A DNA stretch of 64,000 bases, from assembly GCA_963834755.1 (NCBI GenBank), contig CAWICQ010000001.1, forward strand, positions 59,566 through 123,565, read 5' to 3'. Source of the DNA: an uncultured Gammaproteobacteria bacterium (GTDB lineage Bacteria > Pseudomonadota > Gammaproteobacteria > Xanthomonadales > Rhodanobacteraceae). Both the position numbers and the translations under genes were made by a program. Below the pieces are notes generated by a model. It was given only the letters and a program-made list of their open reading frames with translations, was not told the DNA's origin and searched no databases. Numbering within the stretch: the first letter of the stretch is position 1; every line of letters starts with the position of its first letter. Below, in pieces: positions 1 to 9,228 of the stretch.

Positions 1-450
1 GTCACGGAAATAGCTGTAAAACGTGTACGTCCACGGACTTTCGGGTTTGCCGTCCTTGCCGCGCCGGTAGATCGACAATGGATCGATCGTCGTGCCGTTG
101 GCACCGATGCGATCCATGTTGCCGACGTGATGGCGCAGGTGGACGTGGTGGTAGAACTCCTGCGAAAAACCGTCGGTCAGCGACAGGACGAAACTGTAGA
201 TGCGGTTCAGCGCCGGCGAAACGAAGAACGCGTTGTGGATGAAGTTGTGGCTGACCGAGTTGATGCTCCACGAGATGCTGATTGAATAGACCAGCGCCAG
301 CGGAACCCAGATGACCCATGGCGTCGCGTGGAAACCGAAGAACAGGAACGCGACGAAAGCGAGATGGCCCAGGCCCATCAGCACCGGAATCAGGTCCCAC
401 GGCGTGTGCGCGAAGACGCCGGGCCGGGTTGTCGTGGCATGCGGATTCAT
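1..450 (-). CDS. Membrane fatty acid desaturase family protein, N-terminal part (runs off the window edge)
   Basis: Manual translation from ATG at 450: MNPHATTTRPGVFAHTPWDLIPVLMGLG...SHNFIHN...FYHHVHLRHHVGN. It has hydrophobic helices and two His boxes. Not in the ORF track because it is open-ended. Confidence 0.8.
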   Translation of the reverse strand, partial: MNPHATTTRPGVFAHTPWDLIPVLMGLGHLAFVAFLFFGFHATPWVIWVPLALVYSISISWSINSVSHNFIHNAFFVSPALNRIYSFVLSLTDGFSQEFYHHVHLRHHVGNMDRIGANGTTIDPLSIYRRGKDGKPESPWTYTFYSYFRD

Positions 451-809
451 GAAGCCTTGTTGTGGGCGATTCTCGACGTAAGCCGTCTTGGTGCAAGCGA
501 TTTCGATGTAGGCGATTTCGACGCGAGCGGTGATGCTCGATCAAGCCAGTATCTTAGCGCTTTCGCGCAACCGGCCGTTGCAGCCTAGGCAGGCCGTCTT
601 TCGCACCGCTTTCGATGTGGCGAGGCGGATTTTGCGGCCTCCGGGGCCCGCGATGCCGCATCCGCCATGTCTGCTGGTACGATTTGCGCCGCCGGGTGCC
701 CGCGGCCGGGAAGGAGGCGGGGCACCGAGCGGCTGCGAAAGGGCCGCGAAAGACACTCAAAGCTACGATTTTCATTGTTCGGCCGATGCCGACGGATAAG
801 GATCCCTGC

Positions 810-1508
810 GTGTCCAACTGGACCATTCTCTGCGATTTCGACGGCACCGTTTCCGTCGAGGACATCACCGACTCGCTGCTCGAGCGCTTCGCGCGTCCCG
901 GCTGGCAAAAAATCGAGCAGGCGTGGCGGCGCGGCGAAATCGGTTCGCACGATTGCATGGCCGAACAGGTCGCGCTGTTCGACGCCAGCCGCGAGGAAAT
1001 CGACGAGCATCTGGACAGCATGATGATCGATCGCGCGTTCCCGGCGTTCGTGGTCGAGGTCGAAGCGGCGGGAATTCCGCTCGCGATCGTCAGCGACGGA
1101 CTCGACTACGCGATACGACGCATCCTCGACAGTCACGGCCTCGGCCGTCTGCCGATCATCGCGAACCGGCTCGAAACCACCGGACCGCGCAGCTGGCGAC
1201 TCGATTTCCCGCACGGAAGTCCCAGCTGCCGCATCGCCAGCGGCAACTGCAAGTGCGCGTGCGCGGGCAGCGCGCGCGACGCGCAGCGGCGCGTGCTGCT
1301 GATCGGCGACGGCGCGTCGGATTTCTGCGTCGCCGGCGAGGCGGATCTGGTTTTCGCCAAGCACCGGCTGATCGAGCATTGCCGTTCCGCCGGGATCGCC
1401 TACGTGCCGGTCACCGGATTCGCCGACGCGCTCGATCTCCTCCCGACGCTGCTTGCGGGCGAGCTCGCCGCGCACGTCGTCCCGCTGGAACAGCCGGCGC
1501 CGGCCTGA
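810..1508 (+). CDS. HAD-IB family phosphatase (MtnX-like)
   Basis: DFDGT motif I and GDGASD motif IV; GTG start 7 nt after a TAAGGA RBS. Confidence 0.85.
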   Translation: MSNWTILCDFDGTVSVEDITDSLLERFARPGWQKIEQAWRRGEIGSHDCMAEQVALFDASREEIDEHLDSMMIDRAFPAFVVEVEAAGIPLAIVSDGLDYAIRRILDSHGLGRLPIIANRLETTGPRSWRLDFPHGSPSCRIASGNCKCACAGSARDAQRRVLLIGDGASDFCVAGEADLVFAKHRLIEHCRSAGIAYVPVTGFADALDLLPTLLAGELAAHVVPLEQPAPA

Positions 1509-1599
1509 CCGGCGCCCGCACCACCTCGAAGTTCGAGCCGACGTTTCGCGCCGAGCCGGCGCGTATCACAATGCACGCCGACGCGTGGAGTGGAATCCG

Positions 1600-3018
1600 A
1601 TGAATTACGACATCTCCCGGCAGAAGACCCTGCCGGTCAGCGACGCGGAACTTCTCGCCGACGAGGCGCGCTACTGCTCGTTCGGCGACACCGTGCATTA
1701 CTCGGAGCCGCCGAAGATCTTCACGCGCTGCGAAGGCAGCTATCTCTACGACGCGGCCGGCACGCCATTCCTCGATCTGCAGATGTGGTATTCCGCGGTC
1801 AACTTCGGTTACGCGAACCCGCGCCTCAACCACGCGCTGAAGCAACAGGTCGACACGCTGCCGCAGGTCGCGAGCCAATACCTGCATCCGACCAAGATCG
1901 AGCTTGCCAAGATCATCGGCCAGGACGCGGAAAAGAAATGGGGCAATCGCGGCCGCGTGCACTTCAATGTCGGCGGATCGCAGTCGGTCGAAGACTCGCT
2001 CAAGCTCGTGCGCAACGCCTCGAACGGCAAGAGCCTCGTGTTTGCGTTCGAGGGCGGCTATCACGGACGCACGCTGGGCGCGTCGGCGATCACGTCTTCG
2101 TATCGTTACCGTCGCCGCTACGGGCATTTCGATCGCGCGCAATTCGTCGAATTTCCGTATCACTTCCGTGCTTCGAAGAGCCTCGGCTCGAAAGGCATGT
2201 CGAAGGAGGAATACGGCGAATACTGCGTCGCAAAATTCGAGCGCCTGTTCGAAACCGAATACAACGGCGTCTGGGATCCCAAGGCCGGGCAGTGCGAATA
2301 CGCCGCGTTCTATGTCGAGCCGATTCAGGGTACCGGCGGCTATGTGATTCCGCCGCCGAATTTTTTCAGCGGCCTGAAACGTGTGCTGGACAAGTACGGC
2401 ATCCTGCTCGTCGTCGACGAAATCCAGATGGGTTTCTTCCGCACCGGCAAGCTGTGGTCGATCGAGCATTTTGGCGTGAAGCCCGACGTGCTCGTGTTCG
2501 GCAAAGCACTCACCAACGGCCTCAATCCGCTCGCCGGCATCTGGGCGCGCGAGGAGCTGATCAATCCGACGGTATTTCCGCCGGGCTCGACGCATTCGAC
2601 GTTCGCGTCGAATCCACTCGGCACGGCCGTCGGTCTCGAAACGATGAAGATGTTGGCCGAAACGGATTACTCGTCGATGGTGATGCGCAAGGGCGCGCAC
2701 TTTCTCGACGGCCTGCGCGATCTGCAGAAGCGCCATCCGGAAATCGGCGATGTCGACGGTCTCGGTCTCGCGCTGCGCGCGGAGATCTGCGAGGCGGACG
2801 GCTTCACGCCGAACAAAAAGCTGCTCGATCGCATGGCCGATATCGGCCTTGCCGGACAGCTGGATGACGGTGGCGAGAAAGTCGGCCTCGTGCTCGATGT
2901 CGGCGGCTATTACAAGAACGTGATCACGCTGGCGCCGTCGCTGCATATCAGCGATGAGGAAATCGACCGCGGCCTGCGTCTGCTCGATCAGCTGTTGACG
3001 CGCGCCAAGAAGGCCTGA
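1600..3018 (+). CDS. Class III PLP-dependent aminotransferase
   Basis: VDEIQMGFFRTG and FGKALTNG (PLP lysine), GYHGRT, HSTFASNPL. Confidence 0.9.
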   Translation: MNYDISRQKTLPVSDAELLADEARYCSFGDTVHYSEPPKIFTRCEGSYLYDAAGTPFLDLQMWYSAVNFGYANPRLNHALKQQVDTLPQVASQYLHPTKIELAKIIGQDAEKKWGNRGRVHFNVGGSQSVEDSLKLVRNASNGKSLVFAFEGGYHGRTLGASAITSSYRYRRRYGHFDRAQFVEFPYHFRASKSLGSKGMSKEEYGEYCVAKFERLFETEYNGVWDPKAGQCEYAAFYVEPIQGTGGYVIPPPNFFSGLKRVLDKYGILLVVDEIQMGFFRTGKLWSIEHFGVKPDVLVFGKALTNGLNPLAGIWAREELINPTVFPPGSTHSTFASNPLGTAVGLETMKMLAETDYSSMVMRKGAHFLDGLRDLQKRHPEIGDVDGLGLALRAEICEADGFTPNKKLLDRMADIGLAGQLDDGGEKVGLVLDVGGYYKNVITLAPSLHISDEEIDRGLRLLDQLLTRAKKA

Positions 3019-3028
3019 CGACACGAGA

Positions 3029-3054
3029 GAACGCCTGCCGATCGGCGGGCGTTC
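3029..3054. terminator. Stem-loop between convergent genes, putative bidirectional terminator
   Basis: GAACGCCTGCCG-AT-CGGCGGGCGTTC hairpin just after the aminotransferase stop; weak U-tract. Confidence 0.5.
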
Positions 3055-3072
3055 CGTGTTGCAGATCGGGGA

Positions 3073-3387
3073 TCAACGATCCCAGCGGCCGTCGTAGTAG
3101 CGCCAGCGATGGCCTTCGTGCTCCCAGCGCGACGGCACCCAGTGATAGCCGTGGCGCTCATGCACCCAATGGCCCTTGTGCCATACGTGCCTATGTCCGC
3201 CCCAACCCCAGTAGCCATTGATCCAAACGTAACCCGCACGCGGACCGGGAACAGCCTCGACGCGGAGGGCAGGGGGCTCGACATCGGCATAAATGATGGT
3301 GCGCGCCAGGGCTTGATGGCTACCCAAGGCACCCAGGCCGCCGATCGCCACCGCGGCACCCAACAGCAGTTTGTTCAGCGCTTGCAT
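3073..3387 (-). CDS. Secreted YXWGXW-repeat protein
   Basis: Signal peptide, then PPALRVEAVPGPRAGYVWINGYWGW...WHKGHW...WVPSRW...YYDGRW. Confidence 0.85.
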   Translation of the reverse strand: MQALNKLLLGAAVAIGGLGALGSHQALARTIIYADVEPPALRVEAVPGPRAGYVWINGYWGWGGHRHVWHKGHWVHERHGYHWVPSRWEHEGHRWRYYDGRWDR

Positions 3388-3505
3388 CGTTGCCTCCGTA
3401 TGGCGCTCGGAGAGCGCCCTCAGGGGATGCTACGCTAGCCAACGCGCACTGAATGATCGCCAAGCACGTTCATGGAAATGCCGCGTCCACGCGTCGCGAG
3501 CTGAA

Positions 3506-3850
3506 TCAGTTCTTCCCGGCCGAATAGCCGGCGCAGAATGCCGGTGGGTTGGTTTCGATCATCGCGCATCCGCGTTTGATTTCGTCGATGACGAGCTCGC
3601 ACGAATTCGACGCATTGCATGGCGGATGCGTTGCCGGCGAAACCGCAAGACACTGTTGCACGTACTCGTCGGCTTTCTTCGCGCCGGCGCTCTTGCTGCA
3701 CGGGACGTCAGCCGGGGTCTGCGTGGGCGCAGATGCGTTCGGGACAGACGCGGCTGCATGCGCGGCCGCGCTGTCTTTCGGGACGTCATTCGATCGCGCG
3801 CTCGCCAATGAGCACGCGGCGAGTGCAACAGTGACAAGCATGCGATGCAT
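3506..3850 (-). CDS. Small secreted Cys-rich hypothetical protein
   Basis: GAGGA RBS, signal peptide, Ala/Pro linker and a six-Cys C-terminal domain (CLAVSPATHPPCNASNSC...GC...FC). Confidence 0.7.
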   Translation of the reverse strand: MHRMLVTVALAACSLASARSNDVPKDSAAAHAAASVPNASAPTQTPADVPCSKSAGAKKADEYVQQCLAVSPATHPPCNASNSCELVIDEIKRGCAMIETNPPAFCAGYSAGKN

Positions 3851-3872
3851 GGGTGTCCTCTGCGAATACGCC

Positions 3873-5087
3873 TTACGGTGCGCGCCGCAGCGCGAGCACG
3901 GCGTTGAGTCCACCGAACGCGAACGAATTGCTGAGCGCGACGCGCACCGGTTTTTCGCGCGCCGCGTTTGGCACGTAGTCGAGATCGCACTCGGGATCAG
4001 GGTCGATGAAGTTCGCCGTCGGTGGGATCACGCCGTCGCGCAATGCGCCGATCACTGCGACGAGCTCGATCGCGCCCGCCGCGCCGAGCGCGTGACCGTG
4101 CATCGATTTCGTCGACGACACCGCGAGCGCATCGGCGTGCGCGCCGAACGTACGCCGGATCGCGCGCGACTCAGTCGGATCGTTGGCCGGCGTGCCGGTG
4201 CCGTGCGCGTTGATGTAGTCGACTTTTTCGGGCGTGATTCCGCCGTCGTCGAGTGCGCGCCGCATCGCCATCGCCGCACCGGCCTCTGACGGAAACACGA
4301 TATCGCCGGCGTCGGCCGACATGCCCGCGCCGGCGATCTCGGCGAGAATATTCGCGCCACGCGCGTGCGCGCGATCGAGCGTTTCCAGCACGAACGCCGC
4401 GGCGCCTTCGCCCAGCACGAGGCCGCGGCGCTGCTTGCAAAATGGTCGGCAGGTGTCGTCGGCGAGCACGCGCATCGCTTCCCAAGCACGTATCGCGCCG
4501 AGCGTCAGGCAGGCTTCGGTACCGCCGGTCACGGCCGCATCGGCAACGCCGCTGCGCACCATGTGGAAGGCCTGCGCAATCGCATGGTTCGACGAGGCGC
4601 ACGCGCTGACCGTCGCGAACGCCGGTCCATGCAATTTGTGTTCGATGCTGACGTGACAGGCCGGCGCGTTCGCCATCAGGCGCACGATCGTCAGCGGATG
4701 CAGGCGCGGATTGTTCTCGGCGTACATGCGCCGCGATGCTTCGTCGTTCGTGTTCTCGCCGCCGATGCCGGTGCCGATCACGACCGCAGTGTTGTCCCCC
4801 AGACTGTCACGCATGAAATCGATGCCGGATTGCGCGATCGCCTCGCGCGCGGCGACGAGCGCGAGCTGCGAGACGCGATCGAGCAGGATCAGGCGTTTCT
4901 CGTCGAAGTGCTTCAGCGGATCGAAATCGCGCACTTCGGCGGCGATGCCGAAGCGCAACGCATCGCGCGGCAGGCAGGTGATCGGACCGATCGCCGAGCG
5001 GCCTTCGCGCAGCGCGCCCCACGTCGCGGCTGCCGTGTGCCCGAGCGGCGTGACCGCACCCATGCCGGTGACAACGACGCGATGCAT
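3873..5087 (-). CDS. Beta-ketoacyl-ACP synthase II family, NodE-like
   Basis: Catalytic SACASSNHA, INAHGTGT and KSMHGHALG. The segment MRVLADDTCRPF...LVLGEGA resembles rhizobial NodE from memory. Confidence 0.9.
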   Translation of the reverse strand: MHRVVVTGMGAVTPLGHTAAATWGALREGRSAIGPITCLPRDALRFGIAAEVRDFDPLKHFDEKRLILLDRVSQLALVAAREAIAQSGIDFMRDSLGDNTAVVIGTGIGGENTNDEASRRMYAENNPRLHPLTIVRLMANAPACHVSIEHKLHGPAFATVSACASSNHAIAQAFHMVRSGVADAAVTGGTEACLTLGAIRAWEAMRVLADDTCRPFCKQRRGLVLGEGAAAFVLETLDRAHARGANILAEIAGAGMSADAGDIVFPSEAGAAMAMRRALDDGGITPEKVDYINAHGTGTPANDPTESRAIRRTFGAHADALAVSSTKSMHGHALGAAGAIELVAVIGALRDGVIPPTANFIDPDPECDLDYVPNAAREKPVRVALSNSFAFGGLNAVLALRRAP

Positions 5088-5112
5088 CCTCGATTCCGTC
5101 GTGCAAGGAGAC

Positions 5113-5376
5113 TCAGGCCGCCGGAGGCTTGGCGCCTTGCGCGGCGACGAGCTTCTCGACCGTTTCGATGAGCCCCTTGACGGACTCGGTGTCGAAATTC
5201 GGATCGCGGTCCGGCATCGTGATCTTGAAGTGGTCCTCGATCTCGAAAAGGATCTGCACGGCGTCGAGCGACTGGATTTCCAGATCCTTCAATGTCGCCT
5301 CGGGCGTGATCTTCGCGCGATCGATCCCGGATTCCTTGGCGATGATGTCGAAGATGGTTTCCTGCACACTGCTCAT
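5113..5376 (-). CDS. Acyl carrier protein (NodF-like)
   Basis: 87 aa, acidic, phosphopantetheine Ser in LEIQSLDAVQILFEIED; adjacent to the KAS. Confidence 0.9.
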   Translation of the reverse strand: MSSVQETIFDIIAKESGIDRAKITPEATLKDLEIQSLDAVQILFEIEDHFKITMPDRDPNFDTESVKGLIETVEKLVAAQGAKPPAA

Positions 5377-5442
5377 GAAACGATTCCCTTACGAAAGTGT
5401 TCCGACGTTCGTCGCCGGGCGCGTCGCGGTCCGGCGGCGTCG

Positions 5443-5862
5443 CTAATCTTCGCCCCGTCCCGCCGCGGCCGGCGTAGCCGCGGGGTGGTCCGGGCCAAGC
5501 AGCAGGACGCCCGCGACAATCATCGCCGAGCCGACGAGTTTGAGCCAGCCCACCGGCTCATCGAACAGCCAGCGCGAGGCGATCATCAACACGATCAATA
5601 CGATGGCGCCGGTCGGAAACGCGCTCGACAGCGACGACTGGCGCAGGATCACCATCCAGGCCAGGAATTCGCCGACATAGCAGGCGACCGCGGTCCACAG
5701 CCACGCGGACGACACGGCGGCCGCGAATGCGTGCGGTGAAAAATCAAACGGACCGGTATCGAGCCCGGCATATTTGAGAGAGATCTGACACAGAGCGCCG
5801 AGCGCAAGCAGGATCACCCAGCTCGCCAGAACCGTCGTGCGCGAGTAGGCTGCGCGCGTCAC
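5443..5862 (-). CDS. Small DMT/EamA membrane protein (ArnF-like)
   Basis: GTG start overlaps the GNAT stop (GTGA). Four TM helices; LSSAFP and GSAMIVAGVLLLG. Confidence 0.8.
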   Translation of the reverse strand: MTRAAYSRTTVLASWVILLALGALCQISLKYAGLDTGPFDFSPHAFAAAVSSAWLWTAVACYVGEFLAWMVILRQSSLSSAFPTGAIVLIVLMIASRWLFDEPVGWLKLVGSAMIVAGVLLLGPDHPAATPAAAGRGED

Positions 5863-6983
5863 AAGCTCGCCGCCGGCGGCAGCGCGGTGTTCGAGGCGTC
5901 GAGAGTGAAGACGCGCTCGACCGCGGCGAACACACGATCGACGATGCGGTTGCGATGGCGATACCAGAGCCAGTTCGGCGCGAGACGGCTGCCGAGTCGC
6001 GTTTTTTCGCGCTCGAGACCCTGGCCGCTCTGGTAGCGGACGAGGCCGTGCTCGATGCAGTAGCGAACGTTTTCCATCCAGCTCAGATAATAAAGGTTGT
6101 GCGCGCGGCCGAGCGCATAGTCCATGCCGAAGAACTTGTCGAGCAGGTAGCGCCGATTGTGCAGGATCAGGTTGAAGCCGATCAGTTGCTGGCCAAGCCA
6201 GTACGTCGAGCATAGCGCGCGTCCGCGCAGGTCGCGCATCACGCCGCTGAAGTATTCGGGTGTCAACTCTTCGAAGCGGTATTCTGCCTGCGACAGCGTT
6301 GCGCGATAAAGCGCCATGATCGGATCGATGAGATCGTCGATGTCGCTGCGCCATTCGACGCGCACGTCGGCGCGCGCGCGGAGCTTCCGGCGCATGTCCT
6401 TGCGGGTCGCGGGACCCAGCGAAGCGAGATAGTCGTCGAGCGAGCGGAACGGCAGTTCGAGCAATGCGGTCGACTGGCCCGGCATGCGCCGCAGTCCGGC
6501 GCGGCCGCACGCATCGGTCCACAGCGCGTCGTCGGCGCCGCGCGCGTCCTTGACCGCGACCATGCCGATGCGTCGTTGTGCGGCGAAGTCGAGCAGCTTG
6601 TCGAGCAGTCTTGCGGCAAGACGCCGCCGTTCGTCTTCATCGCAATCGGCCGCAAAGCCGAGATGGCAGATTTCTCCCACCGGCGATCCGAGCGATGCGA
6701 GCGGAATGCCGAGCAATCGCGGCGCGACGCGCGCGACCGCGCCGGTCACGCGTTTCAGCGGGCCCGACAGTGTCGTATCGATGCGATAATCGGTAACGAA
6801 ACCCGGCACCGCGGCGCGCAGCCGGCCGTGTTCCCACACCGCGAGATAGATCCATTCGAAGCCGGCCAGTGCGGCATTTTCGACTGCGCGGTAGTAGAAC
6901 CAGTCCTCGATCTCGTCCGCGAACAGGGCATTCCATTCTTCGCGGTCGAATGCCTCGATCGATCGGGCGACAATCGCTTCCAT
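5859..6983 (-). CDS. GNAT-fold acyltransferase, FemAB-like / Acetyltransf_6 type
   Basis: FRSLDDYLASL...TRKDMRRKLR, YYLSWMENVRYCIEHGL..YQSGQG..K.RLG; coupled by TGATG overlap. Confidence 0.75.
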   Translation of the reverse strand: MEAIVARSIEAFDREEWNALFADEIEDWFYYRAVENAALAGFEWIYLAVWEHGRLRAAVPGFVTDYRIDTTLSGPLKRVTGAVARVAPRLLGIPLASLGSPVGEICHLGFAADCDEDERRRLAARLLDKLLDFAAQRRIGMVAVKDARGADDALWTDACGRAGLRRMPGQSTALLELPFRSLDDYLASLGPATRKDMRRKLRARADVRVEWRSDIDDLIDPIMALYRATLSQAEYRFEELTPEYFSGVMRDLRGRALCSTYWLGQQLIGFNLILHNRRYLLDKFFGMDYALGRAHNLYYLSWMENVRYCIEHGLVRYQSGQGLEREKTRLGSRLAPNWLWYRHRNRIVDRVFAAVERVFTLDASNTALPPAASL

Positions 6984-7840
6984 CACTCGATCGCGGCTGC
7001 GATCGCTGCGCCCGGCTCGCGCATCGGCTCGGCTTCGGCGATGCGGCGGAAGAATTCGGCGGATCGCTCGATCAGCTCGCCGCGTTGACGATCGACGGTG
7101 ACCATGTGATAGCTGTCGTCGAGCAGCACAGTTTCGACCGGCGCGCGCGTGCCGCGTTCGACGATGCGCACGTTGCGCAGGCTCGCGATGTCGTCGTCGG
7201 ACGAATGCACGATCACGCTCGGCGCGCGCACGCGACCGATGCGGTTGCGCACGTGCAGCGACAGGCTCTGGAATTCAGCGAGCGAAGGCCACGGAAAGCC
7301 GGCGAGGCCGCCGGCCTGGCTGTCGCCCGACAGCATCGCGCTGACGATGCGGTTGCGGATGCGTTCGTCCTTGATACCGTACGGCGGATTTTCCATCGAA
7401 ATCTGCTTGCGCCCGATGCCGAGACGCATGCCCAGCGGCAACAGGAATGCAAAGCGGCCGATCAGCGGCGTGGCCCAGCCGTCGTGGAAGAACGTCGTGC
7501 CGTAGAGACCGAGGCCGTCGACTTCGCGCGGTCGATCGATCGCGAGCTTCAGCGCGAGCACCGCGCCCATCGAAAGGCCGGCGACGAAGAGATGATCGAC
7601 CTGTTCCTGCAGGCGTTCGGCCGCGGCGACGACGCTTGCGTACCAGTCGCGCCAGCCGGTCGCCAGAAGATCGGCTTCGTCGCCGCAATGTCCGGCGAGC
7701 TGCAAGCCGAGCACGGTGAATCCCGCGCGATTGAGGCCATTGCCGACGAAACGCATCTCCGTCGGTGTGCCGGTCAATCCGTGGATCAGCAACACGCCGG
7801 AGCGGCCGCCACGTAGATGGAATTCGGAAGGCTTGATCAT
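6983..7840 (-). CDS. Alpha/beta hydrolase (carboxylesterase/lipase-like)
   Basis: HGLTG oxyanion motif, GLSMG nucleophile elbow, SDDD acid, SYHM His. Confidence 0.9.
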   Translation of the reverse strand: MIKPSEFHLRGGRSGVLLIHGLTGTPTEMRFVGNGLNRAGFTVLGLQLAGHCGDEADLLATGWRDWYASVVAAAERLQEQVDHLFVAGLSMGAVLALKLAIDRPREVDGLGLYGTTFFHDGWATPLIGRFAFLLPLGMRLGIGRKQISMENPPYGIKDERIRNRIVSAMLSGDSQAGGLAGFPWPSLAEFQSLSLHVRNRIGRVRAPSVIVHSSDDDIASLRNVRIVERGTRAPVETVLLDDSYHMVTVDRQRGELIERSAEFFRRIAEAEPMREPGAAIAAAIE

Positions 7841-7842
7841 GC

Positions 7843-8208
7843 TCAGGCGGTCGGCCAGCAGACGATCGCGACGCCGGCCGCGACGACCAGTGTCGCGGCC
7901 CAGCGTTGCGCGGAAATGTGCTCGTGCAGAATCAGCCGGCTCGCGACCACGACGCCGCAATACGACAGCGCCGCGAACGGCACGGCGAGACTCAGCGGCG
8001 CGAGCGTGAGCGCTCCGAACCAGAACACGAATTCAAGCGCGTAGATGACAACGCCGAGTGCGATCCACGGCGAGCGCACGAGGCTGGCGAGGAAGCCCGC
8101 GATGCCGCCGGCATTCGATCCACCATCGTCGTGCACGCCGATCTTGAAGCAGATCTGCCCGCCGATATCGCACAGCACGGAGCCGGCGAGGAATGCGAAC
8201 ATCAGCAT
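7843..8208 (-). CDS. Small DMT/EamA membrane protein (ArnE-like)
   Basis: 121 aa, four TM helices; GQICFKIG, APLSLAVPF, LILHEHIS. Confidence 0.8.
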   Translation of the reverse strand: MLMFAFLAGSVLCDIGGQICFKIGVHDDGGSNAGGIAGFLASLVRSPWIALGVVIYALEFVFWFGALTLAPLSLAVPFAALSYCGVVVASRLILHEHISAQRWAATLVVAAGVAIVCWPTA

Positions 8209-9125
8209 GACCGAGCTCCCGCGATCGCAGCGAGCAGTGCGCGATTGACGCGTTCGTTGTCCTCGAGGCGTGCCGCCGCAACGTCGGTGCGATGCGGCTG
8301 GTCGAAGCGCGCTTCCCAGCGCTTGAATGGATTCGCGTGCACCAGCGGCGCATATTCGCCGCAGATGTCGGCGCCGATCACGCGCCGTTGGGCGACGGTC
8401 GCGCGCACGAAGCGCAGCAGCGCGTCGAGCGGCATCTGTCCCTGGTCCCAGTTGGTCACCACTTCGCTCTCCGGCAACACGTCCTTGTCGACGCTGATCC
8501 AGACCGCCTGGGTCGGTATCGCGGCGATCATCGCGGAAATAGCTTCATCGAGATCCCTTTCGCACAGGTTTCGCCAGTAAATATAGCCCTTGGCGTAGCG
8601 GTGGGCGGGGCCATCCGCGATTCGGTGCCAGATTCTCGATGGGGCATGCTGCCATGGATACAAGACGAGACGCCCGGAATCCAGCGCAGCGACATTGCCG
8701 CCCTTGAGGCCCGGATTGACAAGGTCGTCGCTGCAAGGGCCGAGCGTGATCGCGCGCGCGAGCAAGGGCAGCGTTAGCGTTCGATTCATCCAGGATCCGC
8801 AGTGCCAGCGCGGCGCGAAGCGCACCCAATCCGGGTGATTGTCGAAATGCACGAGCGTGAATGGTTCTCGAATGCGTTCGTGCAGCAACGCGGCGACGTG
8901 ATGGAAATCGCCCGAGCCGAGCAGCGTGATCGTCGATTCGATCTCGGCACCGGTCTGGATGAGTCGTTGGCGTGTTTGCGCGATTGTCGTGCCGCGCGAC
9001 CAGAGTCGCAGGCGCGGGCCGATGTCGCGCAGATCGATCGTGCGCGTCGATTGCCAGGGCGCGACGTCGCCGAGCGATGACTGAGCGGTCAGCGAACCAT
9101 CGAGATCGAATATCTGAAGATGCAT
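8202..9125 (-). CDS. Arginase/ureohydrolase-fold metalloenzyme
   Basis: GSGDFHH, HFDNHPD and ISVDKDVL match ureohydrolase metal motifs; first gene of a translationally coupled operon. Confidence 0.75.
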   Translation of the reverse strand: MHLQIFDLDGSLTAQSSLGDVAPWQSTRTIDLRDIGPRLRLWSRGTTIAQTRQRLIQTGAEIESTITLLGSGDFHHVAALLHERIREPFTLVHFDNHPDWVRFAPRWHCGSWMNRTLTLPLLARAITLGPCSDDLVNPGLKGGNVAALDSGRLVLYPWQHAPSRIWHRIADGPAHRYAKGYIYWRNLCERDLDEAISAMIAAIPTQAVWISVDKDVLPESEVVTNWDQGQMPLDALLRFVRATVAQRRVIGADICGEYAPLVHANPFKRWEARFDQPHRTDVAAARLEDNERVNRALLAAIAGARSC

Positions 9126-9228
9126 CCGCGCGCCGGTCCGCAAGCCCGGGCGCAGGCTGCCATTGGATCGTGCGCGCGTCCAGCCGGCGGCGCGCAATCA
9201 TCGCCGCGCGCGCCGCGAGCCGGCAAAT

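Noticed and set aside
810-1508. Methionine-salvage MtnX
   Set aside because: No other mtn genes are nearby and the context is aminotransferase/lipid; only the family call is kept.
1411-3024. Long antisense and alternate-frame ORFs throughout (for example 1411-3024, 20123-22180, 15031-16815, 45331-46758)
   Set aside because: Shadow ORFs expected at high GC; they overlap motif-supported genes and contain no motifs.
1600-5376. Bacterial sphingolipid cluster
   Set aside because: Serine palmitoyltransferase is an AOS/class II enzyme; this aminotransferase has class III motifs.
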